Counted from the first letter of the stretch, positions 9,519 through 19,768 are shown. The stretch is DNA of 64,000 nucleotides from Candidatus Dormiibacterota bacterium (GCA_963709585.1 CAVPXI010000006.1:160001-224000), one strand, 5' to 3'. Notes: generated from the sequence alone by a model not told the origin. Program-made: numbers and translations.

Positions 9519-10390
9519 CGTTGTTTCTCTCTCGTTGGTGCCGACGCCCCGGTCATTGCCGGAGGGGCTTCCTGGCCGTTGTCACCGACGATCGCGAAGA
9601 AGACGTCCTCGAGGGTCGGCTGCTTCTCGATGTATTCGACTTTGGCGGGCGGGAGCAGTTGCTTCAGCTCGAGCAGCGTGCCGTTCACGATGATTCGGCC
9701 CTCGCGAAGAATTGCGATCCGGTCGGCGAGGTGTTCGGCCTCCTCCAGATACTGCGTCGTGAGCAGAACGGTCGTGCCCTGCTCGGCAAGTTCCTTGACG
9801 GCCTGCCACACCTCGATTCGCGCTTGTGGGTCGAGCCCGGCAGTCGGCTCGTCGAGAAAGATGACCTGCGGTTCTCCGATGAGGCTCATCGCGATATCGA
9901 GGCGGCGGCGCATTCCACCCGAATACGTCGACACCTTCCGATCGCCCGCGCCAGTCAATGAGAAACGCTCGAGCAGCGCACGCGCGATCGTGCCCGGGTC
10001 GTTGAGGTGCCGCAATCGCGCGACGAGCGCGAGGTTCTCCCTCCCGCTGAGGATTTCGTCGACGGCCGCGAACTGTCCGGTGAGGCTGATGGATTCCCGC
10101 ACCTCTGCAGCTTGCGTGACGACGTCGAAGCCGTTGACGCGGGCAGTTCCCGCGTCGGCCTTGAGCAGCGTGGACAGGATCTTCACGATCGTGGTCTTGC
10201 CCGCCCCGTTCGAGCCGAGCAGGGCGAAGATGCTGCCCCGCGCAACGTCGAAGTCCACGCCACGCAGCACCTCCAGCGTCTTGTACGACTTCTTCACGCC
10301 TTGCACGTGGATCGCCAACCCCCGGATGTGGTCTTCCGTGACGCCCTCGGGAATCTCGGTCACGCTCCCCACGGGCGTGGCGGCGTTCAC
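9515..10390 (-). CDS. ABC exporter ATP-binding protein (DrrA-like)
   Basis: GSNGAGKTT, YSGGM, LDEPT, TTQYLEEA. Confidence 0.95.
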   Translation of the reverse strand: MNAATPVGSVTEIPEGVTEDHIRGLAIHVQGVKKSYKTLEVLRGVDFDVARGSIFALLGSNGAGKTTIVKILSTLLKADAGTARVNGFDVVTQAAEVRESISLTGQFAAVDEILSGRENLALVARLRHLNDPGTIARALLERFSLTGAGDRKVSTYSGGMRRRLDIAMSLIGEPQVIFLDEPTAGLDPQARIEVWQAVKELAEQGTTVLLTTQYLEEAEHLADRIAILREGRIIVNGTLLELKQLLPPAKVEYIEKQPTLEDVFFAIVGDNGQEAPPAMTGASAPTREKQR

Positions 10391-11265
10391 AGCGCGCCCG
10401 CTGGAGCGATGCTCGCGACCGCCCGCCGGATGGTGATATCGCCGAACGAGGTGCGGGCACGGATCTCAACCGAAGGTTCACCCGCCTGCGGCCGCGTCGC
10501 GTCCTCGAGTTCATTTAGCACCCTCCCGAAACTCGTGTGGAGGTCCAGCCACGCGGCGACACCCCGATGGATACCGATATCCACCCTGCCCATCGACGTC
10601 TGCGCCGCAACGGTGCCGCGCTCCACCTCGCCGAGGCGAACGTCGCCATTGGCGGTCTTGGCAACCACCGTCGCGCGCGAACGGTCGACGGAGATCGAGC
10701 CGTTGGCCGTGACCACTCGTAGGTCTCGTACGACGTCGCCGATCCTGGCGTCTCCATTGCCGCTCTTGATGACTGCGGTGCCATCGACGGCGCCGATCCG
10801 GACCGCACCCGCACCGGTGAAGATCTCCGCGTCGCCCGACACGCTGTGCACGAGGATGTCGCCCGCACCGGTGCTGAAGCGCGCAGGGCCGGATTGCTCA
10901 ACCTCGATGTCACCGACCCCGATTCCGAAACGGCATTCCCCGAGCGAGCCGGCGCAATGCAGGGCGGCGACGCCGACATCCCCGCGAAGCTGCGAACCCG
11001 TCGGCAACTCGACGCGGACGTCGATGGACTCGCCGCCGCCACGCGGCGTGTAGCGGCGCCACCCTTTCGGCGACTTGATGAGCAGTCGACCGTCGGAATA
11101 CTCCACACGCGTCTGCTCGGCGGCCGCCACATCCGACTGCTTGTCGGGGTTGGTGGGAAGGATCTCGACACTCGTGTCCGACCGGTCGCTGGCCATGACC
11201 CGGACGTCGCCGACGCCGATCTCAATGGTCACTGTGATCGGGTTGGGGGTGGTGAAGGTAGGCAC
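10387..11265 (-). CDS. DUF4097 beta-strand repeat protein
   Basis: Repeated (T/S)xxGDI/V units; SD AAAGGAG before GTG. Confidence 0.88.
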   Translation of the reverse strand: MPTFTTPNPITVTIEIGVGDVRVMASDRSDTSVEILPTNPDKQSDVAAAEQTRVEYSDGRLLIKSPKGWRRYTPRGGGESIDVRVELPTGSQLRGDVGVAALHCAGSLGECRFGIGVGDIEVEQSGPARFSTGAGDILVHSVSGDAEIFTGAGAVRIGAVDGTAVIKSGNGDARIGDVVRDLRVVTANGSISVDRSRATVVAKTANGDVRLGEVERGTVAAQTSMGRVDIGIHRGVAAWLDLHTSFGRVLNELEDATRPQAGEPSVEIRARTSFGDITIRRAVASIAPAGAL

Positions 11266-11287
11266 GAATTCTCCTTTGACTGGCGGA

Positions 11288-11815
11288 CTAGCGAACCCAG
11301 CCCGTGAAGCGACCGGCACCGCTGGCCGCGCGCCCACCCGGGCGACGACCGGGATCGGCTCGATCCAGAGCGGAGCCCGCCGCACGGACGAGCCAGGCGT
11401 TGACTGAAAGACCCTCGCCGTTCGCGGCCCGCTCCACCCGCACCTTCAGGGTGTCAGGTATGCGCAGGTTGATCCGCGAGACGCCACCATCGTCGGTGTC
11501 GTCCGCGCTCCGCTCAGGGGAGGCGGGCGTGTCATAGGTGAGGTCCGCGAGATCGTCGCCCGCGGGCTCGACGGGCGCGGCGGTCACCACGAACTCGAGG
11601 TTGCGTCCGCGGAGGCGCAATTCGACCGACCCCGGCGCGAGCTCCACGGTGATCTCCGCCGCTGCCGCCCCGAGTGCGTCCTGCAATGCGAGGCGGATGG
11701 CTGCATCAAGCGGAGCAGCGAGGCGTTCGGCAAGGGCGCGCGCCTCGTCTCCCCCGGCCTCGGCGGTCTCCGCGAGCTGTTGGTGAATGCTCTCGATATA
11801 GGGGCGCAGGTCCAC
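11288..11815 (-). CDS. Ribbon-helix-helix (HicB-like) DNA-binding regulator
   Basis: RINLRIPDTLKVRVERAANGEGLSVNAWLVRA RHH; typical first gene of DUF4097/ABC cassettes. Confidence 0.85.
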   Translation of the reverse strand: MDLRPYIESIHQQLAETAEAGGDEARALAERLAAPLDAAIRLALQDALGAAAAEITVELAPGSVELRLRGRNLEFVVTAAPVEPAGDDLADLTYDTPASPERSADDTDDGGVSRINLRIPDTLKVRVERAANGEGLSVNAWLVRAAGSALDRADPGRRPGGRAASGAGRFTGWVR

Positions 11816-11821
11816 GACGCC

Positions 11822-11851
11822 ACTATGGCACCACGAGTGATGCCATGTCAA
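11822..11851 (-). promoter_or_regulatory. Sigma70 promoter (TTGACA-N18-CATAGT, extended -10) overlapped by an operator palindrome
   Basis: TTGACA 11851-11846, CATAGT 11827-11822; ATGGCACCAC-GA-GTGATGCCAT at 11825-11846; GTG start 6 nt downstream (leaderless). Confidence 0.8.
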
Positions 11852-11897
11852 GCCTATTTGAGCCAGATTGGCGCCCAACGTGGCGCCACAGGGTGCT

Positions 11898-12941
11898 CTA
11901 CGGCGTCAGCACGACCTTGAGGGCCTCGCGCCGGTCGAACAGCTCGTAGCCCAGCACCGCCGCGTCCAGGCGCATGCGGTGCGAGATGATCGCGTCCGGC
12001 TCAACCGCTCCACTCGACACCATGGCGAGCGCGACGTCCCACCGGCCGATGATGTTCGCGGTGCCGCAGAACTTGAGGTCGATCGCCTTGACGAACATGG
12101 TGCTGAGGGGGAGTTCGACCTCGTGGTCGGCATGCACTCCGATGATGCTGATTCGCCCACCGGCGCGGGCGATGTCGATCGAATCGATGAGGGCGGCCAC
12201 CTGCCCCACGCACTCAAGGACGGCGTCGGCGCCGCGACCGCCGGTCCGATCCTGCACGAAGCTCGGGACGTGCACCGCGTTCGCGTCCACCGCTACGGCG
12301 CCGAGTGTCTGCGCCATCTCGAGTCGCTGCGACACCGTGTCGACCGCATAGATCGTCGACGGCTCGAATGTGCGTAACCCGAGGATGGCCATGAGGCCGA
12401 CAGGGCCGCAGCCGACAACGGTCACAACGTCTCCTTTTTCGATTCGTGCCTCGCTGGCGCAGTCGAAGCCGGTCGTGAAGATGTCGCCGACGAAGAGCGC
12501 CCGCTCGTCGCTCATCGAGTCGTCGATGGCATGGAGAACGAGGTCGGCGTTGGGGACACGCACGTACTCCGCCTGAGCGCCGGCAACGTCGCCGAAGAAC
12601 GATCCGTATCCGAAGACACGCTGGTCGGGACAGCGGCTGAAGAGCCGCCGGCCGCAGTACCAGCACTCGCCGCACGGAATCGTGAACGAGCCGACCACCC
12701 GATCGCCCTCCACGAAACGACGCACACCGCCGTCGACCGCCTCGACCACCCCGACGAACTCGTGCCCCAGGACGCTGCCGGGGCTCATGCCCGGGATCCT
12801 TCCGTGCACGACGTGGAGGTCGCTCCCGCAGATCGCGGCTTTGGTGACGCGGACCAGCGCGTCACCCGGCTGCTCGATGCCCGGCTTCGGCACGTCGACG
12901 ACCTCGACCGCACCGAAACCCTTGAAGACAAGGGCGCGCAT
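11898..12941 (-). CDS. Zinc-dependent alcohol/formaldehyde dehydrogenase (MDR family)
   Basis: ICGSD, GHEFVG, CGECWYC...C, GCGPVG. Confidence 0.95.
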   Translation of the reverse strand: MRALVFKGFGAVEVVDVPKPGIEQPGDALVRVTKAAICGSDLHVVHGRIPGMSPGSVLGHEFVGVVEAVDGGVRRFVEGDRVVGSFTIPCGECWYCGRRLFSRCPDQRVFGYGSFFGDVAGAQAEYVRVPNADLVLHAIDDSMSDERALFVGDIFTTGFDCASEARIEKGDVVTVVGCGPVGLMAILGLRTFEPSTIYAVDTVSQRLEMAQTLGAVAVDANAVHVPSFVQDRTGGRGADAVLECVGQVAALIDSIDIARAGGRISIIGVHADHEVELPLSTMFVKAIDLKFCGTANIIGRWDVALAMVSSGAVEPDAIISHRMRLDAAVLGYELFDRREALKVVLTP

Positions 12942-12966
12942 CCTCAGCGTTCCCCGCGAGCGCTGA

Positions 12967-13260
12967 TCAGTGCGCCTCTTCCTCGGCGGCGCGACGCTGG
13001 ATCACGCGATCCCGCAGCTCATCCTCGAGCTGGCCGGCGTGCTCGACGTCGCGCCGGAGCCAGAAAGGAATTCGCTCGGGCTCGCCTGCCGCAAGCGCCT
13101 TCGCCTGAGCGTCGAGGTAGGCGCGGAGCGCGGCGTCGACAGCGGTCGAGAGGTCGGCGCCGCCCGCGGTCAGAGGCTGGACGAGGTCGCTCGCGACGAC
13201 CACGCTGTTCGCCGGCGCGGTCGGTGGCCTCGACCCGAAAAGACGCCCGAGCCACGACAT
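12967..13260 (-). CDS. Small hypothetical protein (possible RHH-like)
   Basis: MSWLGRLFG...DLSTAVDAALRAYL; TACACT -10 box 6 nt upstream. Confidence 0.6.
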   Translation of the reverse strand: MSWLGRLFGSRPPTAPANSVVVASDLVQPLTAGGADLSTAVDAALRAYLDAQAKALAAGEPERIPFWLRRDVEHAGQLEDELRDRVIQRRAAEEEAH

Positions 13261-13326
13261 GCGCCGAGTGTACGCAGTCGCGAGCTTGTTCCTCAGCACC
13301 GGGGTGCTCCGCGCTACCGTACACGC

Positions 13327-13962
13327 GTGGCCGAGACCGTGGAGACGACCCTGCGACTCGAATGGACGGGGGATCCTGACGCGGATCGGCTCATCAGCGA
13401 GAACCCCACCGCGCTCCTGATCGGCTTCTGCCTCGATCAGCAGGTGCCGATCGAGTGGGCCTTCCAGGGTCCACTGCGCATGCGGGAGCGGTTGGGGACC
13501 ATCGATCCGGTCGAGGTCGCGCGCATGGACCCGGCCAAAGTCGAACGGGCGTTCCAGACGCCGCCCGCGCTCCACCGATTCCCGGTGAGCATGGCGCAAC
13601 GGGTCTACGGGCTCTGCCAGGTCATCGCATCCGAATACGGCGGCGACACCCCGCGGATCTGGACCGAGGCTCAGGACGCGAAGGAGTTGCAGCAGCGATT
13701 CGCCGCGCTGCCCGGTTTCGGTGCCGCCAAGGCCCGGATCATGGTCGGCGTCGTCGCGAAGCACCTGGGCGTTCGGCCCGCGGGATGGGAGAGTATCGCC
13801 CCGGACTGGCCCACCCTGGCGGACGTTCGCACGGTCGCGGAACGCGAGCAGTACCAGGCGCAGAAGCGTGCCTTCAAAGCCGCGCTTCGGGCTGAGGCCG
13901 CAACCAAGGGAGACACGGGGAGGAAGCGGCCCGCGAAGGCGGTCGGTGGTGGCCGGCGCTGA
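13327..13962 (+). CDS. HhH-GPD superfamily base-excision repair-like protein
   Basis: LLIGFCLDQQVPIEWAF, LHRFP.SMA, LPGFGAAKA HhH motif. Confidence 0.88.
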   Translation: MAETVETTLRLEWTGDPDADRLISENPTALLIGFCLDQQVPIEWAFQGPLRMRERLGTIDPVEVARMDPAKVERAFQTPPALHRFPVSMAQRVYGLCQVIASEYGGDTPRIWTEAQDAKELQQRFAALPGFGAAKARIMVGVVAKHLGVRPAGWESIAPDWPTLADVRTVAEREQYQAQKRAFKAALRAEAATKGDTGRKRPAKAVGGGRR

Positions 13963-14605
13963 GATCACCGTCTTCGAGGACGGCGGTGTCCGCGTCGTCA
14001 AGATCGGTCCGATGGGACCGTACGGGAACAACGCGTACGTGGTCCGCGACGTGGCGGCCGGAGCAGCCGTGCTCGTCGACATGCCGCTCGACGAGGAACC
14101 GTTGCTCGCCGCAATCGCGGCCGAGGGCGGTGTCCAGACGGTCATCGCAACCCACTGGCACCCCGATCACTGGATGACCTACGACGCCGTCCGTGCAGCC
14201 ACCGGCGCGCCGGTTCTGGTCGGCAGCAGCGAGGTCAGGATTCCTAAGGAGCGCATCGACGGCCGCCTCGATGACGGCGCGGAGGTCACGGTCGGCAGCG
14301 CGCGGATCGGCGTGGTGCACACGCCCGGCCATACGCCGGGCAGCATCTCGCTGCGCATCGGCCGCGCCGTGATCACGGGCGACACCCTGTTCGACGGCGG
14401 CCCGGGCAGGACGAGCGCGCGCGGCGACCTGGAAACGATCATGGCGAGCATCACCGCCAGGTTGCTGCCACTGCCGGAAGAAACCGTCGTGCTTCCCGGT
14501 CACGGCACGACCACGACGATCGCCGCCAGTCGCGCCGGCGTCGCGGCGTACCAGCGCCACCCCAAGCCCGCCGGCTACTTCGGGGACGTCGAGTGGGGTG
14601 ACTGA
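13949..14605 (+). CDS. MBL-fold metallo-hydrolase (glyoxalase II-like)
   Basis: THWHPDH, HTPGHTPG, TGDTLF, PGHG. Confidence 0.92.
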   Translation: MAGAEITVFEDGGVRVVKIGPMGPYGNNAYVVRDVAAGAAVLVDMPLDEEPLLAAIAAEGGVQTVIATHWHPDHWMTYDAVRAATGAPVLVGSSEVRIPKERIDGRLDDGAEVTVGSARIGVVHTPGHTPGSISLRIGRAVITGDTLFDGGPGRTSARGDLETIMASITARLLPLPEETVVLPGHGTTTTIAASRAGVAAYQRHPKPAGYFGDVEWGD

Positions 14606-16115
14606 AACGGGATCCTCACCCGGCGGGGTCACCTCCGCCGACTCCGAGGGCCTGCACCTGGGCACGGCCCGTGGGCGGTGGGTGCTCACCGCGACGGTGC
14701 TCGGCAGCGCGATGGCGCAGCTCGACGCCACCGTCGTCGGGATCGCGCAGCCGGCGATCGGCAAGGAGTTCCACGCTCAGATCTCCGGCTTGCAGTGGGT
14801 GTCCGCCGGATACCTGCTCACCGTCGCCGGCCTCATCCTTCTCGCCGGCGCGCTGACCGATCGTTACGGACGCCGGCGCATCTTCGTCATCGGGGTGACG
14901 TGGTTCGCAATCGCATCATTGATCTGCGCGACCGCACCCAACATCGGCCTGCTCATCGCAGCACGCGCTCTGCAGGGTGTCGGCGGCGCGCTGCTCACGC
15001 CGGGAAGCCTCGCCATCCTCGAGGCATCGTTCGCCCAGCAGGAGCGCGGCCGCGCCATCGGCGCCTGGTCGGGCCTCGGCGGTGTGGCCACCGCACTGGG
15101 ACCCTTCGTCGGCGGGTTTCTGATCACGGCGGTGTCGTGGCGGTTGATCTTCCTGATCAACTTGCCGATCGCCGCCGCCGTGATCATCATCGCGATGCGC
15201 CACGTTCCCGAATCGCGCGATCCAAACGCCACCGGTTACATCGACTTCGCCGGGAGCGCGCTCACCGTGGTCGCGCTCGTCGGGATCTCCTATGGGCTCA
15301 TTCAAGGGTCGAGCGGCAACTGGGCGTCGTCCGTGGTTCTTGGAGCTCTTCTCCTGGGAGTCGTCGCGGCCGTCGCCTTCGTCATCGTCGAGTTGCGCGT
15401 GCGCGCCCCGATTGTGCCGCTCGACATCTTCAAGTCCCGCCAGTTCAGCGCGACCAACGGGGTGACGCTGCTGATCTACGGGATGCTCGGGGGGATGTTC
15501 TTCCTGCTGCCCATCGAGCTCCAGCAGGTTTCGCACTACGGTCCGACCGCCGCGGGCGCGTCCCTGCTGCCCATCACATTCATGCTCTTCGCGCTCTCGT
15601 CGCGGTCGGGCGGGCTCTCGGCGCGCATCGGCCCGCGCCTGCAGATGTCGGTGGGGCCGATCGTGGTCGCCGCCGGACTGGCGCTCTTCGCGCGAATCAA
15701 TGCCGGGGGAAATTACCTTCTCGAAGTGCTGCCCGCAGTGCTGGTGTTCGGCTTCGGGTTGGCGATCACGGTCGCACCGCTGACCGCCACCGCCATGTCA
15801 TCGGCGCCTCCGGAGCGCAGTGGCCTGGCCTCGGCGGTCAACAACACCGTGGCTCGCACCGGGAGCCTGCTGGCGGTGGCGCTGCTCCCGGCGGTCGCCG
15901 GGATCACCGGCGACAGCTACCTGCACCCTCCGGTGTTCGAGACCGGCTTCCAGCACGCCGCCCTCATCGCCTCGGTGATCTGCGCGGCCGGCGGTTTGCT
16001 CGCCGCAGCCACGATTCGCAATCCACGCCGGCCTCCGGCACCTCAGGCGCGTCTCACCCCCGAGTATCACTGCGCCGCCGACGCGCCACCCTTGCGCGCC
16101 CACACTCGAAGCTAG
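14598..16115 (+). CDS. MFS DHA2-type efflux transporter
   Basis: LDATVV, GALTDRYGRRR, WRLIFLINLP; about 14 TM. Confidence 0.95.
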   Translation: MTETGSSPGGVTSADSEGLHLGTARGRWVLTATVLGSAMAQLDATVVGIAQPAIGKEFHAQISGLQWVSAGYLLTVAGLILLAGALTDRYGRRRIFVIGVTWFAIASLICATAPNIGLLIAARALQGVGGALLTPGSLAILEASFAQQERGRAIGAWSGLGGVATALGPFVGGFLITAVSWRLIFLINLPIAAAVIIIAMRHVPESRDPNATGYIDFAGSALTVVALVGISYGLIQGSSGNWASSVVLGALLLGVVAAVAFVIVELRVRAPIVPLDIFKSRQFSATNGVTLLIYGMLGGMFFLLPIELQQVSHYGPTAAGASLLPITFMLFALSSRSGGLSARIGPRLQMSVGPIVVAAGLALFARINAGGNYLLEVLPAVLVFGFGLAITVAPLTATAMSSAPPERSGLASAVNNTVARTGSLLAVALLPAVAGITGDSYLHPPVFETGFQHAALIASVICAAGGLLAAATIRNPRRPPAPQARLTPEYHCAADAPPLRAHTRS

Positions 16116-16150
16116 CCTCGGCGCGTTGACCCCGCTCCCCGGTACCGTGA

Positions 16151-16795
16151 CTACGGGAGCAGCACTCGAATCAGCGTTCTTGACAGCCATTGTTGATAGC
16201 GCTGCGACGACCAGCCGCGGACATCGCGAAGGAGCCGGTTGACCTCCGGGCTCGTGAGCGTCCAGACGATCGTCGCCGCTTCATCGACATTCATGTGCTG
16301 ACGGAGCGCGCCGTTCGCCGCGAGCCACTCGGTGAACGTCCGAAGCTTGCCGAACCGGTTCTCCTGCATGCGCGTACGCAGATCCGCGACATCCGGGTCG
16401 ATCACCGCGGCACTCTGCATCACGTCGTCGATCGGACGGACGCGTTCGATACGCGCCACGATGTCGGCGGCAAAGCCGGCGAGCATCTGGCGCCGGTCCG
16501 ACATCGTGCGCAGGGCGCGTGGACCCTCGCCCGCGAGAACGTCAGATCCCTCGGTGCTGCCGGTGACCCGAAGGTCAATGAGCGCGGAGAGCATGCCTTT
16601 CTTCGTGCCAAAGATGGCGTAAATGGTGTCGACGGCGACGCCGGCACGCGCCGCGACGGCGTCGATGGTGGTCGCCACGTATCCGCGCGCTGCGAACAGA
16701 TCTCCCGAGGCTTCGAGTATCCGCAGCCGCGTCTGCGCTGCCTGCTCGGCGCGTACCCGAGACCGGTAGGGACGGCGGCTCTTGACAGATGCCAC
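16151..16795 (-). CDS. TetR family regulator
   Basis: TTIDAVAARAGVAVDTIYAIFGTK. Confidence 0.93.
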   Translation of the reverse strand: MASVKSRRPYRSRVRAEQAAQTRLRILEASGDLFAARGYVATTIDAVAARAGVAVDTIYAIFGTKKGMLSALIDLRVTGSTEGSDVLAGEGPRALRTMSDRRQMLAGFAADIVARIERVRPIDDVMQSAAVIDPDVADLRTRMQENRFGKLRTFTEWLAANGALRQHMNVDEAATIVWTLTSPEVNRLLRDVRGWSSQRYQQWLSRTLIRVLLP

Positions 16796-16801
16796 AGGTT
16801 T

Positions 16802-16840
16802 ATCCTAGCATTGGTGTATTCATCCTAGGTTGACTAGGAT
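16802..16840. promoter_or_regulatory. Probable TetR operator ATCCTAG-N5-CTAGGAT plus extra half-site
   Basis: Inverted repeat 16822-16840 and ATCCTAG at 16802-16808, between divergent tetR and 16867 gene. Confidence 0.65.
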
Positions 16841-16866
16841 CAGACTACGTCCGGGAGGAACCATCG

Positions 16867-17172
16867 ATGTATGCGTTCACACAGGATCTGCCGATCACGA
16901 CTGATGTCTATGCACGGATCATGGAGGGCATCGGGCCGGCGCCGGCTGCCGGATGCGTGATACACGCGGTGGTCCGCATCGATGGTGGCTTGCGGTACAT
17001 CGACATCTGGGAGTTGCGGGAAGCATGCGATCGCTTCCTCGAGGAGCGCGTGCATCCCGTGCTGCAGGCAGCGTTCACTGCCGCCGGGTCAAGCCTGCCG
17101 CCGGAGCCGGCCCGAAACGAGATGGAGCTTGTCGACGTGAACGTCTTCCCGCAGACGGTCGACGTCGCCTGA
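16867..17172 (+). CDS. Small hypothetical protein (dimeric alpha-beta barrel/ABM-like)
   Basis: SD GGAGG; GLRYIDIWE.REACDRF pattern. Confidence 0.75.
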   Translation: MYAFTQDLPITTDVYARIMEGIGPAPAAGCVIHAVVRIDGGLRYIDIWELREACDRFLEERVHPVLQAAFTAAGSSLPPEPARNEMELVDVNVFPQTVDVA

Positions 17173-17180
17173 CCAACACG

Positions 17181-17252
17181 TACCCGCACGGGGAGTTGAA
17201 CCCCGGTTACCACCTTGAAAGGGTGGTGTCCTGACCGCTAGACGATGCGGGC
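17181..17252 (-). tRNA. tRNA-Glu(TTC)
   Basis: GCCCGCATCGTCTAGCGGTCAGGACACCACCCTTTCAAGGTGGTAACCGGGGTTCAACTCCCCGTGCGGGTA; CCA not encoded. Confidence 0.95.
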
Positions 17253-17331
17253 GCGAGCGCCAATCTTAGGTTCGCGCGAGGACGCCGTCGCCGGCAGCGA
17301 AGCGAACTCGGTGCGCCGGTATACTCGCGGC

Positions 17332-17790
17332 ATGCCTGTCCGAGAGATCGTCGGCAAGACGGTGGGCTTCGGCCTCGTGGCCGCCGCGCTGATCGTCGGC
17401 GGGATCCTGGACCTGCTCGGCGGCCATGTCTACAACGATTATCTGAACACCGCGCTCGGGATCATCCTGATCGCCATGGGGCTGGCCACGGGCGGTCTTG
17501 GCACCTTCCTGATCGCCGGCATCCTCTATGAGGACAAGCTGCGCAGACAGGACGAGGCGGTCCACATCACGCCGCGCGGGACGCCGCCCGCGCCGCCACC
17601 GCCGTGGGGAATGGCCGACGTCGGCAAACCACCTGGGGTGGTCCGTGTTGGTGATGCCGCCACGTCGTCAGGTGGCGGAGGAGCTCCACGAGTGATGGCA
17701 GTTGCGGTCTCGAACCTCGACGCGCCGATGCTCATCGTGGGGCTGCTGGCGTGGACGATCCTGACTCTGGTGCTGTTCGCGCCGCGCTGA
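17332..17790 (+). CDS. Hypothetical membrane protein (3 TM)
   Basis: Hydrophobic segments; TATACT 6 nt before ATG. Confidence 0.7.
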   Translation: MPVREIVGKTVGFGLVAAALIVGGILDLLGGHVYNDYLNTALGIILIAMGLATGGLGTFLIAGILYEDKLRRQDEAVHITPRGTPPAPPPPWGMADVGKPPGVVRVGDAATSSGGGGAPRVMAVAVSNLDAPMLIVGLLAWTILTLVLFAPR

Positions 17791-17800
17791 GCTCGCCCTA

Positions 17801-19234
17801 GTGCCCGATGCGCGGGTCCGCACCCGCTTTGCGCCCTCGCCCACCGGCGCGCTGCATTTCGGCTCGGTTCGCACGGCCCTGTTCGCTTGGCTCGCCGCCC
17901 GGCATGCAGGCGGCGATTTCATCCTCCGGATCGAGGACACCGACCAGGAGCGCTACATCCCCGGCACCGAGGCGCTGATCCTCGAGACCCTGAGCTGGCT
18001 CGGGCTCGACTGGGATGAAGGCCCCGAAGTCGGCGGCCCGTATGCGCCGTACATCCAGTCGCTGCGCATCGCCGCCTATCGCGAGCATGCGGACCGGCTC
18101 GTCGCCGGCGGCAAGGCCTACTGGTGCACGTGCACGCCCGCACGCCTCGCCGCGATGCGCGACGCGCAGCGTGCCCGGTCGGAGCCGACGCGCTACGACC
18201 GTCGGTGTCTCGCGCGGCAGGCTGAGGTTGCCGTGGAGCGCGCCGCCGGCATGCCCGCGGTGGTCCGGCTGCGGATGCCCGACGGCGTCACCGAATGGGA
18301 CGACATCGTTCGTGGCCATGTGAGCTTCGCCAACGCGGACATCGATGACCAAGTCCTGCTCAAGTCCGACGGCTTTCCCACCTATCACCTCGCCGTGGTT
18401 GTCGACGACCACGACATGGAGATCAGCGACGTGATCCGCTCCGACGAGTGGATCCCGTCGACGCCCAAGCACCTAGCGCTGTACGCGGCGTTCGAGTGGG
18501 ATGCTCCGCGCTTCGCGCACGTTCCGGCAGTGCTCGGCCCGGACCACCAGAAGCTCAGCAAGCGTCGCGGCGCTCGCAACGTCCTCGAATACGGCGAGCT
18601 TGGCTATCTCCCCTCGGCCATCGTCAATGCCATAGCGCTTCTCGGGTGGTCATCGGGCGACGAGCAGGAGGTATTCACCCTCGACGAGCTGCGCGAGCGG
18701 TTCACGCTCGAGCGCGTCAACGCCGCGGCGGCCGTGTTCGACCCGAAGCGGCTCGACGATCTCAACGGCATTCACATCCGGCGCATGACCACCGACGAGC
18801 TGGTCGAGGCACTCGAATATCACCTGCCCGGCACCAGCAAGGAGACGCGCCGGTCGCTGATACCGATGCTCCGCGAGCGGATGGTGACCCTTGCGGACGC
18901 AACTCGCCTCTGCGCGCCGCTGCTCGGGGAGGTCGCGCTCGACCCAGACGTCGAGTTCCCGCCGAAGAAGGTCGATCAGGCAACCGCGGTCGCGATGATC
19001 GACGCCTGCATCGCCGCGGTGAACGACGGAGGTCTCGAGAACCACGACGCGATGCTCGAGCGGATTCGCACCGTGGCCGACGGTGCCGGCGTGAAGTCGC
19101 GGGACGCCTTCCGCGTCCTCTACGTCGCCATTCTCGGTGCGCCCGCCGGACTGCCGGTGATCGAGGCTATGGCGTTTCTGGGCAAGGACAGATCGCTGCA
19201 GCGACTCCGCGAGGCTCGCGCCCGGCTCGGCTGA
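17801..19234 (+). CDS. gltX: Glutamate--tRNA ligase
   Basis: RFAPSPTG.LHFGS, RIEDTD, PTYHLAVVVDD, KLSKR. Confidence 0.97.
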   Translation: MPDARVRTRFAPSPTGALHFGSVRTALFAWLAARHAGGDFILRIEDTDQERYIPGTEALILETLSWLGLDWDEGPEVGGPYAPYIQSLRIAAYREHADRLVAGGKAYWCTCTPARLAAMRDAQRARSEPTRYDRRCLARQAEVAVERAAGMPAVVRLRMPDGVTEWDDIVRGHVSFANADIDDQVLLKSDGFPTYHLAVVVDDHDMEISDVIRSDEWIPSTPKHLALYAAFEWDAPRFAHVPAVLGPDHQKLSKRRGARNVLEYGELGYLPSAIVNAIALLGWSSGDEQEVFTLDELRERFTLERVNAAAAVFDPKRLDDLNGIHIRRMTTDELVEALEYHLPGTSKETRRSLIPMLRERMVTLADATRLCAPLLGEVALDPDVEFPPKKVDQATAVAMIDACIAAVNDGGLENHDAMLERIRTVADGAGVKSRDAFRVLYVAILGAPAGLPVIEAMAFLGKDRSLQRLREARARLG

Positions 19235-19247
19235 CTCGCTCGGCGGA

Positions 19248-19768
19248 TCAGAGACCGCCGCCGTCGATGCTCGACCCCACGCGGTGCTCTTCGGTTTTGG
19301 GATGGCGACTCCGGGCGGCTCGATGCGCTGTGGGCGCATGGGCGTGAGGATCGCGGCGGGATCGCGCTGCCGGGGCAGCAGGACCGTGCGCCTGGCGTCG
19401 AGGCGCTGAAGGGACGGGGGCTGAGGGTGCAGGAGCTGAGGGCGCAGGAGCTGAGGGCGCAGGAGTGGACGGTTCCGGCGCCGCCGGCCCGGTGCCGTGG
19501 GCCCCGGTTCGGCATGGCCGTGATGGTGCGCGGACGAGCTGATCCGAGCGGCAAGGCGTTCCGCCAGGAGCACGGCCGCACGATCCAGGCCGGTTGCGTG
19601 GCCCGCCACCGCGACGGCGATCACGATCGCGCTCACCGGCCAGAGCGCCGAGAGCAACGAGAGCCCGGAGAGCACACCGAAGGCGGCAAGAATCGGATGG
19701 CGGCGAACGTAGGAAGGCGGAGCGGCAGCCGGCGCCGGGGTTGAGGAACGGTCGTCTGTAATGGTCAT
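19248..19768 (-). CDS. Hypothetical membrane protein with Pro-rich tail, frameshift near 19488
   Basis: N-terminal RRHPILAA TM segments; shifted frame gives (PAPSA)3 and TGA at 19250-19248, avoiding overlap with gltX. Confidence 0.55.
19421..19465. repeat. 3 x 15-bp tandem repeat CTGAGGGYGCAGGAG (coding PAPSA)
   Basis: Direct inspection. Confidence 0.9.

Noticed and set aside
19421-19465. Tandem repeats as a CRISPR array
   Set aside because: 15-bp units with no spacers, coding PAPSA; no cas genes.
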